Positions 7,581-12,404 of a stretch of 12,404 bases of DNA are shown here, piece by piece. The number at the start of each line of letters is the position of its first letter. Position 1 is the first letter of the stretch. The notes below the pieces were generated by a model. The model saw only the letters and a program-made list of their open reading frames with translations, was not told the DNA's origin and did not search any database. A program made the position numbers and the translations under genes. The DNA is from Myxococcota bacterium (GTDB lineage: Bacteria; Myxococcota_A; UBA9160; UBA4427), in contig JAYZFK010000070.1 in NCBI GenBank assembly GCA_036336835.1, positions 1 through 12,404 of the forward strand, in the 5' to 3' direction.

Positions 7581-9119
7581 TCAGCCGTGCGGCGGCGCCG
7601 AAGCCGATGGACGCCCGCGCGCTGGCCCCGCCAGGCGCGCGAGCTGCCGCGCGCGGCCGAGCTCGCCGGCGAGCTTGGCGAGATCGAGCTGGCTCAGCAG
7701 CCCGACCGTGATTGGCCGCTTGGCGTCCCAGAAGACGCGGGCCGCGAAGAACTCCTGCGCGGGGGCGGACTCGAGCAGCTCGAGCAGGAAGTGCGCTTCC
7801 GACTCCGAGCGGCAGGGCAGGCCGTAGGCCGTGTCGTCGAGCACGCTGGGCCGGCCCGCGACCGGCCCCAGGACGCGAAAGCGCAGCCGCTTGTACAGGC
7901 CCGAGATCGCCACCTTCCAGGGCGCGAACGAGTACGGCCCCACGCCGAACACCGCAAAGCGCGCACGGCCGCGGTAGATCGCGCTGCGCCGCGCGTCGAG
8001 CCGCTCGCCGTGGCGGCACAGATAGGCCCAGGCGAGTGGCGCCCGCTCGGCGAGCGCGTCGGTGTTCTCGCCCGTTGTGCGCTGCGGCACCAGCAGCCAG
8101 CGCCGCTCGCTGCGGTGCGGCGCGGCGTCGCTGCCGAGCTGCGCGCTCTTGCACAGCGGAAACAGCAGCTCGGGCTCGACCTCGACCCGCTCGCCGAGAC
8201 CGTTGACCAGCCCGCTCGCCGTCTCGCGCAGCTCCATCACGCGGACGCAGTCGTGCTTGATGCCCGAGCGCCAGCGCCAGGGGGCCGGGCTGGTGCCCGC
8301 AAGGTGCGCCCAGCGCCCGTGTGCTGCGACGTCCGAGACGAGCCGGCCCGCGCGCAGGCCGAACGACGGGGTCTCGCCGGGCGACGCGCGCCGGTCGAGC
8401 GTCGGGTGGACGCGGCACTCGCGCGCCGGCGGGCCCGCACTGCTCGAGACGACGAGCAGGCAGGCGTCGACCGAGGCGCCGAAGTGCGCCGCCGCGTCGA
8501 TCCGGTAGAGCTCGGCCGCCGCCAGCGGCGCCCGGTCCGTCCACGCGCGTTCGAGCAGGCGGCGCGCCACCTGCGTCTTGCACAGCACGGCGAGCGTTGC
8601 GCGCCGGCCCGCCAGCCACTCGAGCGAGCGCTCGAGCATCCACTGCGAGATGTCGAAGTTGCTGCGGCCGGTGAGCGCCGCCAGCCCTGGGAGCCGCCCC
8701 GCGTTCGACTTCGGCGGCAGGTTGTCGCTGCCCAGCCGGCCGAGCGCGGCGTTGGTCACCCACGGCGGGTTGCCGATCACCAGCAGCGGATCGGGCAGCG
8801 CCGCGAGACAGCTCGCCCACTCGACCGCGAAGAAGTCCGCCTCGCGCAGCTCGCAGTGCGCCGTCGTGCGCAGTGCGCGCAGCGATGCCCGAGCCGTGCG
8901 CAACGAGCCCCGGTTGCAATCGAGCCCGAGCGCGTGCTCCACCGAGGCGAAGCGCTCGAGCGCGGCGAGCAGCAGGCTGCCGGTGCCGCACGTCGGCTCG
9001 AGCAGTGAGGCGGGGCGCAGCCCGTCGCGCACCAGCACGTCCACCACGGCGCGGGCGAGCGCCGGCGGCGTCTGGAAATCGCCGAGCTCGACCTTGCGTC
9101 TACTCTTGCCGGGCGCCAC
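7581..9119 (-). CDS. Gamma-class N6-adenine DNA methyltransferase (M.NspV-like), solitary, about 512 aa
   Basis: Motif X GDFQTP, motif I LEPTCGTGSLL, EADFF, motif IV IGNPPW, TGRSNFDISQWM, then a C-terminal target-recognition region (SGIKHD, YSFAPWKVAISGLYK). The likely GTG start at 9119 lies just after the epoxide hydrolase stop. Confidence 0.88.
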   Translation of the reverse strand: MAPGKSRRKVELGDFQTPPALARAVVDVLVRDGLRPASLLEPTCGTGSLLLAALERFASVEHALGLDCNRGSLRTARASLRALRTTAHCELREADFFAVEWASCLAALPDPLLVIGNPPWVTNAALGRLGSDNLPPKSNAGRLPGLAALTGRSNFDISQWMLERSLEWLAGRRATLAVLCKTQVARRLLERAWTDRAPLAAAELYRIDAAAHFGASVDACLLVVSSSAGPPARECRVHPTLDRRASPGETPSFGLRAGRLVSDVAAHGRWAHLAGTSPAPWRWRSGIKHDCVRVMELRETASGLVNGLGERVEVEPELLFPLCKSAQLGSDAAPHRSERRWLLVPQRTTGENTDALAERAPLAWAYLCRHGERLDARRSAIYRGRARFAVFGVGPYSFAPWKVAISGLYKRLRFRVLGPVAGRPSVLDDTAYGLPCRSESEAHFLLELLESAPAQEFFAARVFWDAKRPITVGLLSQLDLAKLAGELGRARQLARLAGPARGRPSASAPPHG

Positions 9120-9181
9120 GACGCCCGAGAGCCTAGTGCGTCGGCTCGCCTCTTCGCATCGGGGTGGCGCGGCGCGCGCAG

Positions 9182-10387
9182 TCAGTCGGTGCGCAGCGGT
9201 CGGAAGAACGCGCGGATCTCGTCGATCAGCAGCTCCGGCGTCTCGAGGGCGGGGAAGTGGCCGCCGGTGGGCGCCTCGAACCAGCGCTGGATGTTGAACG
9301 CGCCCTCGACGCGCTCGCGCGGCGGCGCGCCGATCCGCGGCGTGAACTGGAGCGCTCGCTCGGGCGGCGGCTCGCCCTCGGGCTTGCTCGAGGCGCGCTC
9401 GAGGAAGAAGCCGGTCGGCACCTCGACCCGCTCGCCGGGCTGGAGCAGGGCGGGGTGGTGTCGGCTCTCGTAGTAGAGCCGCGACGCGCTGTTGATCGTG
9501 CCCGTGAACCAGTAGATCGCGATGTTGGTCAGCACGATGTCGCGCTCGATTGCGGAGTCCAGATCGCCGTCGCAATCGCTCCACGCGCGCCACTTCTCGG
9601 CGATCCAGGCGGCGAGCCCCACCGGCGAGTCCGTCAGCCCGTAGGCCAGGGTCTGCGGCTTGCTGCCCTGGATGGCCACGTAGCCGGACTCGGCCGCGGC
9701 CCAGCGGCGTCGGCGCTCCAGGTAGGCGTCTTCTTCGGCAGACGTCTCGCGCTCGCGCCGGCCCGGTGTGCCGAGGCTCACCATACTGAGATGGATGCCG
9801 ACGCTGCGCTCGGCGAAGTCGAGCCCGAGCAGCGCCGTCAGGTAGCTCCCCCAGTCGCAGCCGTGGGCGCCGAAGCGCGGGTAGCCGAGCCGACCCATCA
9901 GCTCCACCCACATCGCGGCCATGCGCCGCGGCGTCATGCCCGGCTGGGTCGGCATGCCCGAGAAGCCGTAGCCGGGCAGCGAGGGCACGACGACGTGGAA
10001 GGCGTCGGCGGGATCGCCGCCGTGCGCGGCCGGGTCCGCGAGCGGCCCGATCACCTTCTGCCACTCGACGAAGCTGCTGGGCCAGCCGTGCGAGAGCACC
10101 AGTGGAAGCGGCGCGGGGCCGTTGCCGGGCTGGTGGACGAAGTGCAGGTCGAGGCCCTCGATCGGCGTGCGGTACTGGGGCAGCGCGTTCAGCGCGGCCT
10201 CCTGTGCGCGCCAGTCGTAGCGGTGGCGCCAGTCCTCGACCAGCTCGCGCAGATAGGCGGCGTCCATGCCGTACGCCCAGCCGACGTCCTCGAGGCTGTC
10301 CGGCCAGCGCGTGTTGTCGATGCGCGCGTGCAGGTCGCGCAGCGCCTCGTCGGCAATCGCGATCTCGAAGGTCTCCGGGCTCGTCAC
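9182..10387 (-). CDS. Epoxide hydrolase (microsomal EH-like, EHN domain + alpha/beta fold), 401 aa
   Basis: RIDNTRWP, YDWRAQEAALN, LSHGWP, PSLPGYGFS, nucleophile GCDWGS, DSPVGLAAWIAEKW and GGHFPALE. Strong RBS AAGGAGG before the GTG at 10387. Confidence 0.93.
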   Translation of the reverse strand: MTSPETFEIAIADEALRDLHARIDNTRWPDSLEDVGWAYGMDAAYLRELVEDWRHRYDWRAQEAALNALPQYRTPIEGLDLHFVHQPGNGPAPLPLVLSHGWPSSFVEWQKVIGPLADPAAHGGDPADAFHVVVPSLPGYGFSGMPTQPGMTPRRMAAMWVELMGRLGYPRFGAHGCDWGSYLTALLGLDFAERSVGIHLSMVSLGTPGRRERETSAEEDAYLERRRRWAAAESGYVAIQGSKPQTLAYGLTDSPVGLAAWIAEKWRAWSDCDGDLDSAIERDIVLTNIAIYWFTGTINSASRLYYESRHHPALLQPGERVEVPTGFFLERASSKPEGEPPPERALQFTPRIGAPPRERVEGAFNIQRWFEAPTGGHFPALETPELLIDEIRAFFRPLRTD

Positions 10388-10472
10388 GCGTGCCTCCTTG
10401 CCGCCAGCGGCGGCCGGGCTGCGCGGCGGACGCACGCGGTGTCGGACTTCGCGCTTGCCGGCTGCCCGATGG

Positions 10473-11354
10473 ATGGTGGAAAGTATCACGGTGCTCGGAC
10501 CGAACGATCTCGTGCTCTGCTCCGGCAGCCTGATGCAGCGCGGGTTCCGCGCGCTCTGCGAGGCGGGCGCCGCGGGCGAGTTCGCCGGCATCACCCTGTG
10601 GCCGCAGGACGTGGAGGCGGCCCGCGCCGAGGGCCTGTCCGAGGCGGATCAGCGCGCGCTGCTGCGCGACTCGGGTCTCGTGGTGGCCGATCTCGATCCG
10701 CTGCTCGGCTGGCTGGCGGGCGAGGAGGTGCCGCCCGACCTCGCCGCGAGCGAGGACGTCTTCTACGCGATCGCCGACTCGCTGGGCGCGCAGTCGCTCA
10801 ATCTCGCCCAGCCCTTCGGCAACACGATCGAGTTCGACGCCGCGACGGAGTCCTTTGCGGGCGTGTGCCAGCGCGCCGCGGCCCACGGGCTGCTCGTGAC
10901 GCTCGAGTATCTGCCGTGGTCCGGCATTCCGGACGCGGCGACGGCGCTCGAGATCGTCGAGGCATCCGGCCAGCCGAACGCGACGCTGATGTTCGACACC
11001 TGGCACAGCTTCCGCGGCCCGACCGACGATGCGCAGCTGCGCAAGATCCCGGGCTCGCGCTTCGGCAGCGTCCAGATCAACGACGCCCCGCTCGAGCCGA
11101 CGGGCGACATCATGGCGGAGACGATGGCCGCACGGTTGCTGCCCGGCGAGGGGGCCATCCCGCTGGTGGACTGGATCCGGCTGCTCGACCAGGCCGGCTC
11201 GCAGGCGCCGATCGGTGTCGAGGTCTTCTCGCACGAGCTGGCCGCGCTGCCACCCGCCGAGGTCGGACGCCGCTGCGCCCAGGCCGCCCGCCAGATCCTG
11301 CGCCAGGCGCGTCCGGGCGGGCAGAGCCCGAGCGCCGTCGACACCAGCGCCTAG
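10473..11354 (+). CDS. Sugar phosphate isomerase/epimerase (xylose isomerase-like TIM barrel, AP_endonuc_2)
   Basis: Metal-ligand motifs TLEYLPWS, FDTWH, VQIND, RLLPGEG and GVEVFS. The start is either ATG 10473 or GTG 10491 (MLGPNDLVLC, preceded by GGAAAG). Confidence 0.88.
   Translation: MVESITVLGPNDLVLCSGSLMQRGFRALCEAGAAGEFAGITLWPQDVEAARAEGLSEADQRALLRDSGLVVADLDPLLGWLAGEEVPPDLAASEDVFYAIADSLGAQSLNLAQPFGNTIEFDAATESFAGVCQRAAAHGLLVTLEYLPWSGIPDAATALEIVEASGQPNATLMFDTWHSFRGPTDDAQLRKIPGSRFGSVQINDAPLEPTGDIMAETMAARLLPGEGAIPLVDWIRLLDQAGSQAPIGVEVFSHELAALPPAEVGRRCAQAARQILRQARPGGQSPSAVDTSA
10480..10488 (-). promoter_or_regulatory. Putative extended -10 (TGaTACTTT) for the epoxide hydrolase
   Basis: Minus strand 10488-10480 reads TGATACTTT, about 90 nt upstream of the GTG at 10387. 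Confidence 0.35.
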
Positions 11355-11392
11355 CAACCCGGGATCGGTGGATCGCGTTCGCTTGCTAGGCG
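11348..11392. repeat. 10-bp perfect inverted repeat carrying both convergent stop codons
   Basis: CGCCTAGCAA (11348-11357) and TTGCTAGGCG (11383-11392), separated by 25 nt. Confidence 0.7.
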
Positions 11393-12123
11393 TCGTTGCG
11401 CTGCTGCCGCGCGGGACGCCTGGTGCGCCCCATCAGCGCGAGCCCGGTCAGGCCGAGCGCGAGCAGCAGAGTCGTCGAGGGCTCCGGCACCAGAAGCTCG
11501 GCGCCCTGATAGAACGAGTAGGAGGCCAGCGCGCCGGAGGCGTTCTGCGAGAACGAGCCGTCCCCGAACTCGAGCGTTGGGCTCGCCCCGTACGCGCTGG
11601 CGCTGCCGGCCGCGAACAGCTGGGCGTCGACGTACAGCGAGAAGCTCACCCCCGGCACTACGAAGAGCTCGTAATCGTGGAAGACTTCCGTGTTGAGCGC
11701 ACCGAGATTGGTGCCCTCGAGCGTCGCGATGCGACCCGGCTCGAGCACCAGGCTGTAGCGCTCGGTACCCGTGAAGACCGCGAAGTAGAAGCCCGGACCG
11801 GAGCCGGCCAGCTCCGTGGTGCCGTCGAGCCGAGCGCGAAACTCCAGCTCGATCGGATCGTCGTTGTCGAGCAGGATTGGCATCCGATAGAGCGCGTAGT
11901 CCCGGCCGACTCCGAGTGTGTCCTGGAGGAGCTGGCTCCCGTCCGTCGAAAAGACACTCGTTTCCGAGGCGCCCGATGACAGGAAGCTCCAGCCCTGGTC
12001 GCTCGCAAGCGTGCCCAGGTCCAGGTCGATCTGGAGGGCTTGTACCGGCGCTGCGGCCCATGCGGCCAGCACGATCGCCGTGATGACGCTCGCCCGCCGG
12101 GAGTGTCGCTTGCTATCGCCCAT
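11386..12123 (-). CDS. PEP-CTERM sorting-domain surface protein with a ConA-like/lectin beta-sandwich, 245 aa
   Basis: Signal peptide (KRHSRR, hydrophobic core, VQA). C-terminal VPEPSTTLLLALGLTGLALMG followed by basic RTRR. GGAG upstream of the ATG at 12123. Confidence 0.9.
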   Translation of the reverse strand: MGDSKRHSRRASVITAIVLAAWAAAPVQALQIDLDLGTLASDQGWSFLSSGASETSVFSTDGSQLLQDTLGVGRDYALYRMPILLDNDDPIELEFRARLDGTTELAGSGPGFYFAVFTGTERYSLVLEPGRIATLEGTNLGALNTEVFHDYELFVVPGVSFSLYVDAQLFAAGSASAYGASPTLEFGDGSFSQNASGALASYSFYQGAELLVPEPSTTLLLALGLTGLALMGRTRRPARQQRNDA

Positions 12124-12404
12124 TGGAGCTCCACTGCTCTGGCGAATTTCGATCAGGATGCGGTTGTGCGATGTGTCCGGAACGAGGCGCATGGCCTTGC
12201 ATGCGACCACCACACGAGAGATCGGATTCGAAGCTCGCTCTGGTTGGGGCCATACGATGGCGACAGGTGACGCGGGAAGCTCGGCTTCGGGGAACGTTTC
12301 TTTCGGAATTACGTTGACTAACGAAATTTACAATCTGGGTGGAACTGGGATCGAATTTTCGTGTTCCCAAATGCGTCGTCGACACCCTGAATAACAACTC
12401 GAAT

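Noticed and set aside
5395..9008. Long plus-strand ORFs (543, 481 aa and others; likewise 9164-11389)
   Set aside because: Antisense or alternative-frame shadows of well-supported genes, expected at high GC, with no recognisable motifs.
7581..11357. 1258-aa ORF suggesting a giant methyltransferase fusion
   Set aside because: The N-terminal 746 or so residues are Arg/Gly/Ala-rich shadow translation of the isomerase (antisense) and the epoxide hydrolase (other frame). Real motifs begin only near 9119.
12124..12300. Sigma54 promoter expected for PEP-CTERM genes
   Set aside because: No TGGCAC-N5-TTGC-like site was found on the minus strand. The nearest GG..GC candidates are spaced 9 or 11 nt.
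12314..12334. TTGACT...TACAAT as a sigma70 promoter
   Set aside because: The spacer is only 9 nt.
1..12404. CRISPR array, tRNA or rRNA
   Set aside because: No regularly spaced repeats or recognisable structural RNA motifs, and the intergenic gaps are short.

Overview
GC-rich (about 70% by eye) chromosomal window from a probably diderm bacterium. It carries a PEP-CTERM gene, and the gene mix suggests Myxococcota or a related deltaproteobacterial lineage (inference). Eleven coding regions are supportable: the 3' end of a sulfatase; a tightly coupled four-gene minus-strand operon (orphan ParA/Soj ATPase, acyltransferase with a long Pro/acidic N-terminal arm, degenerate extended SDR, alpha/beta hydrolase); a divergent LLM (probably F420) oxidoreductase; a D-aminoacylase-type amidohydrolase; a solitary gamma-class DNA adenine methyltransferase; an epoxide hydrolase; a sugar-phosphate-isomerase TIM barrel; and a PEP-CTERM surface protein. 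The most interesting observation is the ParA-acyltransferase-SDR-hydrolase operon with no parB, a candidate system for positioning lipid inclusions or a lipid-metabolic complex. Also notable are a PEP-CTERM domain resembling the Vibrio sialidase lectin (CBM40-type), a possible IS1182 relic beside the orphan methyltransferase, and several small repeats. Family assignments come from motif recognition from memory; no searches were run.
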